A stretch of 64,000 bases of DNA, taken from assembly GCA_045627385.1 (NCBI GenBank), contig JAZQNO010000028.1:41400-105399 (forward strand), written 5' to 3'. Origin of the DNA: Bacteroidales bacterium. Its GTDB lineage: Bacteria; Bacteroidota; Bacteroidia; Bacteroidales; UBA1402. The position numbers were made by a program, and so were the translations under genes. Each line of letters starts with the position of its first letter. The stretch's first letter is position 1. Shown here one piece after another: positions 46,350 through 55,014 of this stretch. The notes under the pieces were generated by a model. That model had not been told where the DNA came from. It did not search any database and worked only from the letters and a program-made list of their open reading frames with translations.

Positions 46350-47852
46350 ATGACAAGCCTTATGAAAACCCGTATCATTCTGTCAGCAGTTCTTGCGGGA
46401 CTTCTGCTTCCCGTATGCGCGTGGGCTCAAAATGCCGTTGACGACGACATCTATTACCACCCCAAGTATGCCAAGAAGGCGGCCAAAGCCGCTGAAACGG
46501 CCGTTGTGCTCAGATCCGATCACCATCAGGCTACCCCGATTTCTGAAGAATCCCTGAACTCGGCTGAGGATGTGCTTGCCTACAACACCTCCTCCAGAGA
46601 TGTGGACGAATACAACCGCCGCAGTGTCACCTACGCCGAGCCGGAGACCGTCGACACCACGCTGAGCGATGCCGCCGATTATCAGTCGTACGAGTATTGC
46701 GAGCGCATCCGTCGTTTCCACGACGAGGATTTCACCACCCATATCACCACCGACGGCTACCTCAATCTGATTGTCGAAGACGGGGCCAACGTGACCATCG
46801 TCTACGATGACGACCCCTACGACTATTATGGCTACGGCTATTACGGATTCGGCTATGTCGGCCGTTACGGCTGGTATGGCGTGAGCCCCTGGTATTATGA
46901 CGCCTACTATTCTCCCTATTGGGGCTGGTACAATTATCCTTACGGGTACAACTACTACTGGTATGCCCGCGATTACTACTACTGGGGATGCGATCCCTGG
47001 TATTACGGTTGGGGAAGTGCCTGGTATTACGACCACTACGCTTTCGGCTACCATCGCGGCCATCACCACGGTCCTTACGATGTCTGGGGCCATCCTTCGT
47101 ATTACACGCACCGTCACGAAACCCGGGAGAACCATCTGGCTGACGGACGGACCGTGCTTCCCGCCTCACAGCGTACGGCATCGTCCTCCACACGTTCTTC
47201 GGCCAACCGTTCCAATTCGGCGGTTTACAACACGCGCACCTTGGCCGCCACTTCCACCGGCAGCCGCTCTGCCGGCACGGCAGGCAGCGTGCGCAGCACG
47301 TCCTTGGCTTCCTCCTCGCGTTCGACCGGCAATGCCGCGGCATCCCGTTCTGCCGGAACGGTGGCCTCCAATCAATTGAGAAGCAGTTCCGGCAGCCGCC
47401 CGGCAACGACCTCCGGCACCGGAAGCCGTGCAGTCTCCTCTTCGTCGTCCGTCCGCTCCGGATCGTCCGCCGGAACCGTCCGTTCCAGCGCCAGTTCGAG
47501 TTCCGGCTCTCGTGTGAATCCCGGCTCAAGCTCAAGCTCCAGTTCCAGCAGCCGTTCCAGCTCGGTTTCAAGTTCTTCCAGCCGCTCGAGTTCATCAGGT
47601 TCCAGCAGCCGTTCGAGTTCTTCCAGCCCCAGCTACCGCTCCAGTTCTTCCAGTTCAAGCTCATCTTCGAGCACCCGTTCTTCGAGCAGTTCCTATTCCA
47701 GCGGTTCTTCGAGCAGTTCCTATTCCAGCGGTTCTTCGAGTCGTTCCTCTTCCAGCAGCTACTCGGGGGGCTCGTCCAGTTCACGCTCGTCGTCCAGTTC
47801 CTATTCCGGCGGTTCATCCAGCCTTTCCAGCAGTTCCGGCACGCGCCGCTAA
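46350..47852 (+). CDS. Secreted low-complexity protein: N-terminal DDIYY region, Tyr/Trp/Gly-rich (YXWGXW-like) core, His cluster, long Ser/Arg-rich tail; function unknown
   Basis: Signal peptide ...LLLPVCAWA-QN (alternative start MKTRIIL at 46362). It is the only long ORF here, and the codon-level tandem repeats stay in frame. The composition is described in the findings. Confidence 0.65.
   Translation: MTSLMKTRIILSAVLAGLLLPVCAWAQNAVDDDIYYHPKYAKKAAKAAETAVVLRSDHHQATPISEESLNSAEDVLAYNTSSRDVDEYNRRSVTYAEPETVDTTLSDAADYQSYEYCERIRRFHDEDFTTHITTDGYLNLIVEDGANVTIVYDDDPYDYYGYGYYGFGYVGRYGWYGVSPWYYDAYYSPYWGWYNYPYGYNYYWYARDYYYWGCDPWYYGWGSAWYYDHYAFGYHRGHHHGPYDVWGHPSYYTHRHETRENHLADGRTVLPASQRTASSSTRSSANRSNSAVYNTRTLAATSTGSRSAGTAGSVRSTSLASSSRSTGNAAASRSAGTVASNQLRSSSGSRPATTSGTGSRAVSSSSSVRSGSSAGTVRSSASSSSGSRVNPGSSSSSSSSSRSSSVSSSSSRSSSSGSSSRSSSSSPSYRSSSSSSSSSSSTRSSSSSYSSGSSSSSYSSGSSSRSSSSSYSGGSSSSRSSSSSYSGGSSSLSSSSGTRR
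47677..47757 (+). repeat. 27-bp coding tandem repeat (two perfect copies plus one diverged) inside the Ser-rich tail
   Basis: GTTCTTCGAGCAGTTCCTATTCCAGCG occupies 47677-47703 and again 47704-47730. A diverged copy occupies 47731-47757. Confidence 0.9.
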
Positions 47853-47873
47853 CTCAATCAACCACCAGTCATT

Positions 47874-49364
47874 ATGAAAAGATCGTTCATCATATCGGTC
47901 CTCTTGATCGCCGGCGGATTCATCCAGGCTTCCGCAGTCGATTACGAAACCAGTTCGCACGCTTTCGACCTGTATCAGTACGGGCTGTACAAACCATTCG
48001 GTACCGCACGCTCCATGGCTATGGCCAACGCTTTCGGCGCCTTGGGCGGCGACTTGACATCGCTCAGCATCAATCCGGCGGGAATCGGTGTCTATCGGAC
48101 GTCCGAAATGGTTTATTCTCAGGATTTCAGCACCGTCAACACCCAATCGAATATGCTGGGAACCGTCACCAAGGAGCAGGCGCTCCGTCTGATGCCCTCC
48201 AACGGCGGTATGGTGGCCTGTTTCAACAACAGCCGCGAAAAGGGTCTGGTCAGTTTCAATCTGGCATTCGCCTACAACAAACTGAACAATTTCAAACGCC
48301 GTCTCGACGTGAACGGCCGCAGCCTGCCCAGTTCGATGCTGGATCACCTCAACGTCCATCCCGATCTGCGCGAAGATGCCTGGGACACCTACCTGTTGGA
48401 TGAAAGTTACAATCCCATTCTGGAAGAAGGGGAGACCGTCGGCAGCCGTCAGTATATGACGGAAACGGGCAAGGTCGACTGCTGGGACTTCGCCTTGGGT
48501 TTCAACTACAGCTATTGGCTCTATATGGGCTTCTCCATAGGCATCCAGAGCGTATTCCACACGACGGACACCTGGTATGTGGAGGATTTCCAGAAGGGTG
48601 GCTCGCTCGAGTTGGACAACCAGATGACGACTACCGGATCGGGTGTCAACGCCAAAATGGGCGTCATTGTGCGTCCGTTGCCGGAACTCCGTCTGGGTGT
48701 TGCCTACCACACGCCGACCTATTACACGATGTATGAGGATTCCTACACGCAGCTGGCGGCCGACGGAGTGGCTTTTGACGCCAGCGGCAAAGACCTGAAG
48801 CCGTATGTCAACTACACGACAGATGACATGTGCTACGGTCTGGAGACGCCTGGCAGATGGGTCTTCAGTGCAGCTGTACAACTGGGTACCAAAGGATTGG
48901 TCAGTATGGATTGGGAAACGGTCGATTACCGCGGATTCACCAAACGGGATCCCTCGGGTTTCCCATATGACAACACCAACCGTGAAATCGACGAATCCTT
49001 CCGTCGCTCTTCTGTGTTGCGTGCCGGTCTGGAATGGCGTTTCAGCAACATGTTCAGCGGACGTCTGGGCTATGGAAACGTCGCTTCTCCCGTCAGAAAC
49101 GGTTTTGAAAATTCATCGACACTTGTCTATACGATTGACCGTACGCCGCAGTATTTCGTGGACAAAGGCACTCAGGTGCTGGCTTGCGGTGTCGGCTTCA
49201 AGTTCAGCAGCTCGCTGAATCTGGATGTGGCATTCCAAGATCAGATCAACCGCTCCGGTTTCCACAGCTACTACGAGTCTAATACGGCCTACAAGTATGG
49301 AAATCAGGCTGATGTGACAACTCAGACCTTGAGTTTGGTCGCCAGCTTGGGCATCAAGTTCTAA
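47874..49364 (+). CDS. FadL/PorV-like outer-membrane beta-barrel protein
   Basis: Signal peptide. The N-terminal motif GTARSMAMANAFGALGGDLTSLSINPAGIG is typical of FadL/Toluene_X/PorV-type barrels, and the protein ends in ...LGIKF. It starts 21 nt after the previous gene. Confidence 0.65.
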   Translation: MKRSFIISVLLIAGGFIQASAVDYETSSHAFDLYQYGLYKPFGTARSMAMANAFGALGGDLTSLSINPAGIGVYRTSEMVYSQDFSTVNTQSNMLGTVTKEQALRLMPSNGGMVACFNNSREKGLVSFNLAFAYNKLNNFKRRLDVNGRSLPSSMLDHLNVHPDLREDAWDTYLLDESYNPILEEGETVGSRQYMTETGKVDCWDFALGFNYSYWLYMGFSIGIQSVFHTTDTWYVEDFQKGGSLELDNQMTTTGSGVNAKMGVIVRPLPELRLGVAYHTPTYYTMYEDSYTQLAADGVAFDASGKDLKPYVNYTTDDMCYGLETPGRWVFSAAVQLGTKGLVSMDWETVDYRGFTKRDPSGFPYDNTNREIDESFRRSSVLRAGLEWRFSNMFSGRLGYGNVASPVRNGFENSSTLVYTIDRTPQYFVDKGTQVLACGVGFKFSSSLNLDVAFQDQINRSGFHSYYESNTAYKYGNQADVTTQTLSLVASLGIKF

Positions 49365-51406
49365 GACAATTCTTTCAGACGGTCTTCCAGTCGGAAGAGC
49401 TCGTCGCGATACTGTGCGGCCTCCAGAAAGTCCATCTTTTTGGAGGCTTCGTACATCAGTTTTTTGGTGCGCGCAATCATTTTCTCCAATTGGGGACGGT
49501 CCATGTAGGCCATCACCGGATCGGCGACCAGGCTGATGCTTTCCGGCTCGATGTAGGCTTTCCCCGGCGCTTCCATGCCCAACTGTGGCTTCAGTCCCTT
49601 CATTTCGCCTTCCGAAGGATTGCGGAGTGTGTTGTTGAGCTGTTTGCTGATGGCCTTGGGCGTGATGTGGTGTTCGCGGTTGTAGTCTTCCTGAATCTTG
49701 CGACGGCGACGGGTTTCGTCTATGGTCAGCTGCATGCTCTGCGTGATGGTGTCGGCATAGAAGATGACTTTTCCGTCCAGATGTCTGGCGGCTCGTCCGG
49801 CCGTCTGCGTGAGCGAACGGTGGTTGCGCAGGAAACCTTCCTTGTCGGCATCCAATATGGCGACAAGCGACACTTCCGGCAAATCCAGGCCTTCACGCAA
49901 GAGGTTGACGCCGACCAGCACGTCGAACAGACCTTTCCGCAGGTTTTCCATGATTTCCACGCGCTCGATGGTGTCCACATCCGAATGGATGTACTCGCAG
50001 CGCACCCCGTGACGGTGGAAATAGTCTGAAAGCTCCTCGGCCATGCGTTTGGTGAGCGTGGTCACCAAGACCCGTTCGTCCTTTTCGGTGCGGATGCGTA
50101 TCTCTTCCATCAGGTCGTCCACCTGGTGTTCGCTGGGGCGCACTTCGATGTCGGGGTCCAGCAGGCCGGTGGGCCGGATGAGCTGCTCCACGATGACGCC
50201 TTCTGACTTGTTGAGTTCGTAATCGGCCGGAGTGGCGCTGACAAAAATGGTCTGATGGGTGAGCGATTCGAATTCCTCAAAGGTGAGGGGGCGGTTGTCC
50301 ATGGCGGCCGGCAGACGGAAACCGTATTCGACCAGCGTCACCTTGCGGGCGTGGTCGCCGCCCCACATGGCGTGAATCTGGGGCACGGTCACGTGACTTT
50401 CGTCGATGACCAACAGAAAATCCTTCGGGAAGAAATCCATCAGACAGTAGGGACGTGTGCCTTCGGCGCGCCCGTCGAAATAGCGGGAATAGTTTTCGAT
50501 GCCCGAACAATGGCCCAGTTCGCGGATCATTTCCAAATCGTAGGTGACTCGGTCTTGCAAACGCTTCGCTTCCAATGACTTGCCTTGAGATTGGAAAAAA
50601 GCGACCTGCTTGAACATGTCGTCTTCAATCTGACGGATGGCCCCTTGGAGCCGCTCTTTGTCGGTGACGAACAGATTGGCCGGATAAATGTCGTAGGAGT
50701 CGAATTTTGCCAGTCTGAGGCCGCTGACAGGGTCGATTTCTTCGATTCCGTCAATTTCGTCGTCCCAGAAACTGACCCGCAGCGCATAATCGGCGTAAGC
50801 CAGAAAAATGTCCACCGTATCGCCTTTCACGCGGAACTGTCCGCGGTCGAAACCGACTTCGTTGCGCGAATAAAGGATGTCGACCAGCTGGCGCAGGAAC
50901 ACGTCGCGTCCGACGAGCTGTCCGGTGCGGATATGGATGGTGTTGTTGCCGAAGTCCACCGGACTGCCCATGCCGAACATGCAGGACACGGAAGAAACCA
51001 CCAGCACGTCTTTTCTTCCCGACAGGAGGGCTGAGGTGGCCGACAGGCGCAACTTTTCGATTTCCTCGTTGATGGAAAGGTCTTTTTCGATGTAGGTGTT
51101 GGTGGTGGGAATGTAGGCTTCCGGCTGATAATAGTCGTAATAGGAGACGAAATACTCGACGGCGTTGTCCGGAAAAAACTGCTTGAACTCGTTGTAGAGC
51201 TGCGCCGCCAGTGTCTTGTTGTGGCTCAGGACCAGGGTGGGGCGTTGGATCTGCTCGATGACGTTGGCGATGGTGAAAGTCTTGCCCGAACCGGTCACGC
51301 CCAGCAGGGTCTGGCATTCCTGACCTTGCCTGATGCCTTCGACCAGTGCCTGTATGGCTTGAGGCTGGTCGCCGGTCGGTCTGTAGGGTGACTGCAGTTT
51401 GAACAT
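49361..51406 (-). CDS. uvrB: Excinuclease ABC subunit B
   Basis: Start set at the ATG at 51406 (MFKLQSPYRPTGDQPQAI). Walker A GVTGSGKTF, helicase motifs and the C-terminal UVR domain are present. Confidence 0.95.
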   Translation of the reverse strand: MFKLQSPYRPTGDQPQAIQALVEGIRQGQECQTLLGVTGSGKTFTIANVIEQIQRPTLVLSHNKTLAAQLYNEFKQFFPDNAVEYFVSYYDYYQPEAYIPTTNTYIEKDLSINEEIEKLRLSATSALLSGRKDVLVVSSVSCMFGMGSPVDFGNNTIHIRTGQLVGRDVFLRQLVDILYSRNEVGFDRGQFRVKGDTVDIFLAYADYALRVSFWDDEIDGIEEIDPVSGLRLAKFDSYDIYPANLFVTDKERLQGAIRQIEDDMFKQVAFFQSQGKSLEAKRLQDRVTYDLEMIRELGHCSGIENYSRYFDGRAEGTRPYCLMDFFPKDFLLVIDESHVTVPQIHAMWGGDHARKVTLVEYGFRLPAAMDNRPLTFEEFESLTHQTIFVSATPADYELNKSEGVIVEQLIRPTGLLDPDIEVRPSEHQVDDLMEEIRIRTEKDERVLVTTLTKRMAEELSDYFHRHGVRCEYIHSDVDTIERVEIMENLRKGLFDVLVGVNLLREGLDLPEVSLVAILDADKEGFLRNHRSLTQTAGRAARHLDGKVIFYADTITQSMQLTIDETRRRRKIQEDYNREHHITPKAISKQLNNTLRNPSEGEMKGLKPQLGMEAPGKAYIEPESISLVADPVMAYMDRPQLEKMIARTKKLMYEASKKMDFLEAAQYRDELFRLEDRLKELS

Positions 51407-51423
51407 ACCTTCCTTTTCATCGG

Positions 51424-51431
51424 CAAAAATA
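51424..51431 (-). promoter_or_regulatory. Candidate -7 box (TATTTTTG) for uvrB
   Basis: Matches TAnnTTTG on the minus strand, 18 nt upstream of the ATG at 51406 and inside the longer track ORF. Confidence 0.45.
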
Positions 51432-51486
51432 CAAAATCTGATTATTTTTTCGTTACTTTGCGGTCCGATTGATGTTTTTGAAAAAG

Positions 51487-52794
51487 ATGATTTGGAACGA
51501 AACATACGAATGCATGCGGCGTGAAGACATGCGCGAGCTCCAAAGCCAGCGCCTTCGCGAAACGGTCGAGCGCGTCTATGCCAACTCGCCCTTCTACCGC
51601 CATAAAATGCAGGAAATGGGCCTGGTGCCCGACGATATACGCTCTGTGGACGATTTGTGCAAACTGCCGTTCACGGTAAAGACGGATCTGCGCGACCAGT
51701 ATCCGTTCGGCCTGTTTTCGGCTCCGATGTCTGAAATCGTCCGCCTGCACGCCTCCTCGGGCACGACGGGCAAACCGATTGTCGCCGGATACACCCGCAA
51801 AGACTTGAACGTCTGGTCGGAAGTGCTGGCCCGCACTTTTTCGGCCGGCGGTTGCGGCAGAAGCGACATTTTCCATATTTCTTTCGGATACGGTCTGTTC
51901 ACCGGCGGTCTGGGCGCCCATTACGGGGCCGAACGCATCGGTGCATCGGTCATACCCATGTCCACAGGCAATACCGAAAAGCAGATTCAGCTGATGACCG
52001 ATTTCGGTTCCACAGTGCTCTGTTGCACACCGTCCTACGCGCTTTATCTGGCGGAAACCGTCCGCAAGATGGGTGTCGGAGACCGTCTGAAACTCCGTAT
52101 CGGTTTCTTCGGCGCAGAACCTTGGACAGAGGCTATGCGGATGGAAATTCAGGAAAAGCTCCACATCAAGGCATATGACATTTACGGGCTGACCGAAGTG
52201 ATGGGGCCGGGCGTCTCATACAACTGCAGCGAGCAGAACGGCATGCACATCAGCGAAGACCATTTCATTCCGGAAATCATCGATCCGGTCACGCTCAAAC
52301 CGCTGCCTCCGGGCGAAGTGGGAGAGTTGGTGTTCACCACCATCACCAAAGAGGGAATGCCCGTGCTGCGCTATCGCACCAAAGACCTGACGCGGCTCAT
52401 CTACGAGCCTTGCCCGTGCGGCCGCACCAGTGTGAGAATGGAAAAAATCAAAGGCCGCAGCGACGATATGCTCATCATCAGAGGCGTCAACGTGTTTCCC
52501 TCTCAGGTGGAGAGCGTCTTGTTGGAATTTGCCGAAATGGCGCCTCATTATCACATATTTGTGGATCGCGTCAACAATTCGGACACTTTCGAAATCCAGG
52601 TCGAGATGCGTCCGGAGTTCTTCAGCGACAACCTCAGCCGCATGCTCGAACTCAAAAAGCGCATTTCGCAGCGCATGCAGAGCGTCTTGGGTATCGGCGC
52701 TGAAATCAAACTGGTCGAACCGGGTTCCATCGAACGTTTTGAAGGAAAGGCTCGACGCGTGACTGACCGCCGTCAGATTTATCAGACCAAATAA
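51487..52794 (+). CDS. paaK: Phenylacetate-CoA ligase family (PaaK-like) adenylating enzyme
   Basis: The N-terminus MIWNETYECM... and the AMP-binding motif SSGTTGKP are present. Alternative starts are the ATG at 51472 and the TTG at 51469. Confidence 0.85.
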   Translation: MIWNETYECMRREDMRELQSQRLRETVERVYANSPFYRHKMQEMGLVPDDIRSVDDLCKLPFTVKTDLRDQYPFGLFSAPMSEIVRLHASSGTTGKPIVAGYTRKDLNVWSEVLARTFSAGGCGRSDIFHISFGYGLFTGGLGAHYGAERIGASVIPMSTGNTEKQIQLMTDFGSTVLCCTPSYALYLAETVRKMGVGDRLKLRIGFFGAEPWTEAMRMEIQEKLHIKAYDIYGLTEVMGPGVSYNCSEQNGMHISEDHFIPEIIDPVTLKPLPPGEVGELVFTTITKEGMPVLRYRTKDLTRLIYEPCPCGRTSVRMEKIKGRSDDMLIIRGVNVFPSQVESVLLEFAEMAPHYHIFVDRVNNSDTFEIQVEMRPEFFSDNLSRMLELKKRISQRMQSVLGIGAEIKLVEPGSIERFEGKARRVTDRRQIYQTK

Positions 52795-52812
52795 TCTAAA
52801 AACAAGACAGTT

Positions 52813-53241
52813 ATGAATATCATTCAACAGTTGTCTGTCTTCCTGGAAAACAAGACCGGAAGAGTGACCCAACTGACCGGTCTGCTTGGCAAGGCCGGCA
52901 TCAATCTCTCTGCCTTTACGATTGCCGAAAGTTCCGATTTCGGCATTATGCGTGTAATCGTGTCTGATCCTGAGAAAGCCTGTCGTCTACTGTCCGACAA
53001 CGGATTCGCCGTTTCGCTGACGGACGTGCTCTGCCTGCAGATTCCCAACAGCCCCGGCGCGATGGCCAAAATCATGCAGATCGTGTCGGAAAACGGCGTT
53101 TCCATCGAATATATGTACGCCTTTTCAGACGGCGACCATGCCCGCGTAGTGGTCTGTCCGGACCGTTTGGAAGATTGCCTTCAGATCCTTCAGAGAAACA
53201 GTCAGCGTCTGTTGGAAGCGGACGAAATGTACTCGTTTTAA
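52813..53241 (+). CDS. ACT-domain protein (usual partner of Bacteroidales PaaK-like ligases)
   Basis: 142 aa with two ACT-like halves (LSVFLENKTGRV..., LQIPNSPGAMAKI...). Confidence 0.75.
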   Translation: MNIIQQLSVFLENKTGRVTQLTGLLGKAGINLSAFTIAESSDFGIMRVIVSDPEKACRLLSDNGFAVSLTDVLCLQIPNSPGAMAKIMQIVSENGVSIEYMYAFSDGDHARVVVCPDRLEDCLQILQRNSQRLLEADEMYSF

Positions 53242-53316
53242 GTTTTTTATCTCCAATCGTTTGTTTTGTTGCGTGTCTTTGGCTAAATTCGCGCACTTTT
53301 TGTGCATTAGAACCGG

Positions 53317-54117
53317 ATGAAAAGAAACTGTTTGTTTATCTTGTTGACAGCCTGCTTGTTGACGTCTTGTGGGGAGTATTACAAACTCCTCAAAAGCGAC
53401 GACTATGAAGCCAAGTGGAGCAAAGCCAACGAATATTACGAGCAGGGCAAGTACAGCCGCGTCATCGAACTCTGCGAAGAGCTGAAGTCGATTTACAAAG
53501 GTACGGAGCGGGCCGAACAGTGCATCTACATGTTGGCCAATTCGTATTACCGCAGCAAGGACTACTATTCGGCCACCAGTCAGTACCAGCTTTATTACCA
53601 GACTTTTCCGAAGGGGATATTCGCCGAGGAGTGCCGCTTCATGTCGGGCCGTTCGGCCTACGAGAGTTCTCCCGATCCGCGTCTCTCGCAAGAGGGCACC
53701 ATCACGGCAATGGACGAACTGACCGTCTTCTTGGAATATTATCCGCGCAGCGAACATCGCGAAGAGGTCGAGCGGATGCTCAACGAACTCATGGAAAAGC
53801 TGGCCTACAAGGCCTTGCTCAACTGTCAGCTGTATTTCAATCTGGGCAACTACATGGGCAACAACTACCAGTCGTGCATCGTGACGGCCACCAACGCGCT
53901 GCTGGATTTTCCCGAATCAAAATATCGTGTCGACATGGCGTTCCTCATTGTGAAAGCTAAGTACCAGTATGCACAGGAAAGCGTCGATGCCATGAAGCCA
54001 GAACGTCTGCGCGCCTTTGTGGACGAGTATTACAGTTTTACCAACGACTACCCCGACAGCAAGTATGCCAAAGAGGCACGCCATATGTTTGAACAGGCAG
54101 AAAAAACTCTTAAATAA
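53317..54117 (+). CDS. bamD: Outer-membrane protein assembly factor BamD (TPR lipoprotein)
   Basis: The lipobox LLTSCG and TPR-like repeats are present. It sits in the conserved position upstream of rpoZ. Confidence 0.85.
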   Translation: MKRNCLFILLTACLLTSCGEYYKLLKSDDYEAKWSKANEYYEQGKYSRVIELCEELKSIYKGTERAEQCIYMLANSYYRSKDYYSATSQYQLYYQTFPKGIFAEECRFMSGRSAYESSPDPRLSQEGTITAMDELTVFLEYYPRSEHREEVERMLNELMEKLAYKALLNCQLYFNLGNYMGNNYQSCIVTATNALLDFPESKYRVDMAFLIVKAKYQYAQESVDAMKPERLRAFVDEYYSFTNDYPDSKYAKEARHMFEQAEKTLK

Positions 54118-54123
54118 ACAGTT

Positions 54124-54456
54124 ATGATAGATTACAAGAAAGTGACCGCTCCGAGCAACACTCAGACTCGTGACATCAAAACTTTGGTTGGCGACGAAAA
54201 CGTTTACGAAGCCGTCACCGTCATTTCCAAACGAGCCAATCAGATCAGTGTTGAAATCAAATCGGAACTTGACAAGAAATTGCAGGAATTCGCTCCTTTC
54301 ACCGACAATCTCGAAGAAGTCTTCGAAAACCGCGAACAGATAGAAATCTCCAAATTCTACGAGAAACTGCCGAAGCCCACGCTGATCGCCACCCAGGAAT
54401 ACGAAGACGACAAGATCTATTATCGCAATCCGCTGACCGACAAAGTGGCCAAATAA
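54124..54456 (+). CDS. rpoZ: DNA-directed RNA polymerase subunit omega
   Basis: 110 aa. The motif NVYEAVTVISKRANQI is typical of Bacteroidetes RpoZ. Confidence 0.8.
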   Translation: MIDYKKVTAPSNTQTRDIKTLVGDENVYEAVTVISKRANQISVEIKSELDKKLQEFAPFTDNLEEVFENREQIEISKFYEKLPKPTLIATQEYEDDKIYYRNPLTDKVAK

Positions 54457-54918
54457 ATGATACAGCGCATTCAGACCTTGTTCCTGCTTTTGGCTGTGGC
54501 GGCCCTCGTCGGAGCCTTGTTCTGCCCTTGGGGCACCTTCTTCGGTTCCGACGGCAGCGCCTACTGTTTCGGCGCGTTTGCCGTATCGCAGCAGGTCGGC
54601 TCTGGCATGAACCCCATTTCCTTCTGGGCATTGGGCGCTCTGCTGTGCATTTCGGCCCTGGTGACGCTGGTCTGCATTTTCCTGTTCCGCAACCGGCTGC
54701 TGCAAATCCGTCTGTCGGTGTTCAACATGCTGCTTCTGACGGGTTTCTACCTTGTATATATCATCTTCCTTTTCGTTGTCAAAAGCCGTTTGGAAGCCGA
54801 TTTTGGATTCAATACCGGTATGGCGCTGCCTTTTGTCGCTTTGGTATTTGATTTCTTGGCAATTCGCGCTATCTTTAAGGACGAAAAGAAAGTGAGAGCT
54901 TACCAGCGTATCCGCTGA
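54457..54918 (+). CDS. DUF4293-type membrane protein
   Basis: The N-terminus MIQRIQTLFLLLA and four TM segments are present. It abuts the rpoZ stop (TAAATG). Confidence 0.7.
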   Translation: MIQRIQTLFLLLAVAALVGALFCPWGTFFGSDGSAYCFGAFAVSQQVGSGMNPISFWALGALLCISALVTLVCIFLFRNRLLQIRLSVFNMLLLTGFYLVYIIFLFVVKSRLEADFGFNTGMALPFVALVFDFLAIRAIFKDEKKVRAYQRIR

Positions 54919-54956
54919 GCGTACATCGCACGGAAACAGAGGACAAATTCAAACGG

Positions 54957-54993
54957 GATGCTGGCAGATTCACCTGTCAGCATCTTTTGTTTC
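54957..54993 (+). terminator. Terminator of the bamD-rpoZ-DUF4293 unit
   Basis: The stem GATGCTGGCA / TGTCAGCATC has one mismatch, followed by TTTTGTTTC. It overlaps the upstream ATG (54958) of the track ORF, which argues for the 55015 start of the next gene. Confidence 0.65.
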
Positions 54994-55014
54994 AATGATT
55001 TACGTATAATTGAC

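Noticed and set aside
46762-47817. A 351-aa minus-strand ORF with WNRNCSKNR-type repeats.
   Set aside because: It is the antisense reading of the poly-Ser/Arg repeat, which stays open only because the repeat lacks stop codons in that frame. It has no start context or signal peptide. The + strand frame has a signal peptide and continues from a non-repetitive N-terminal region.
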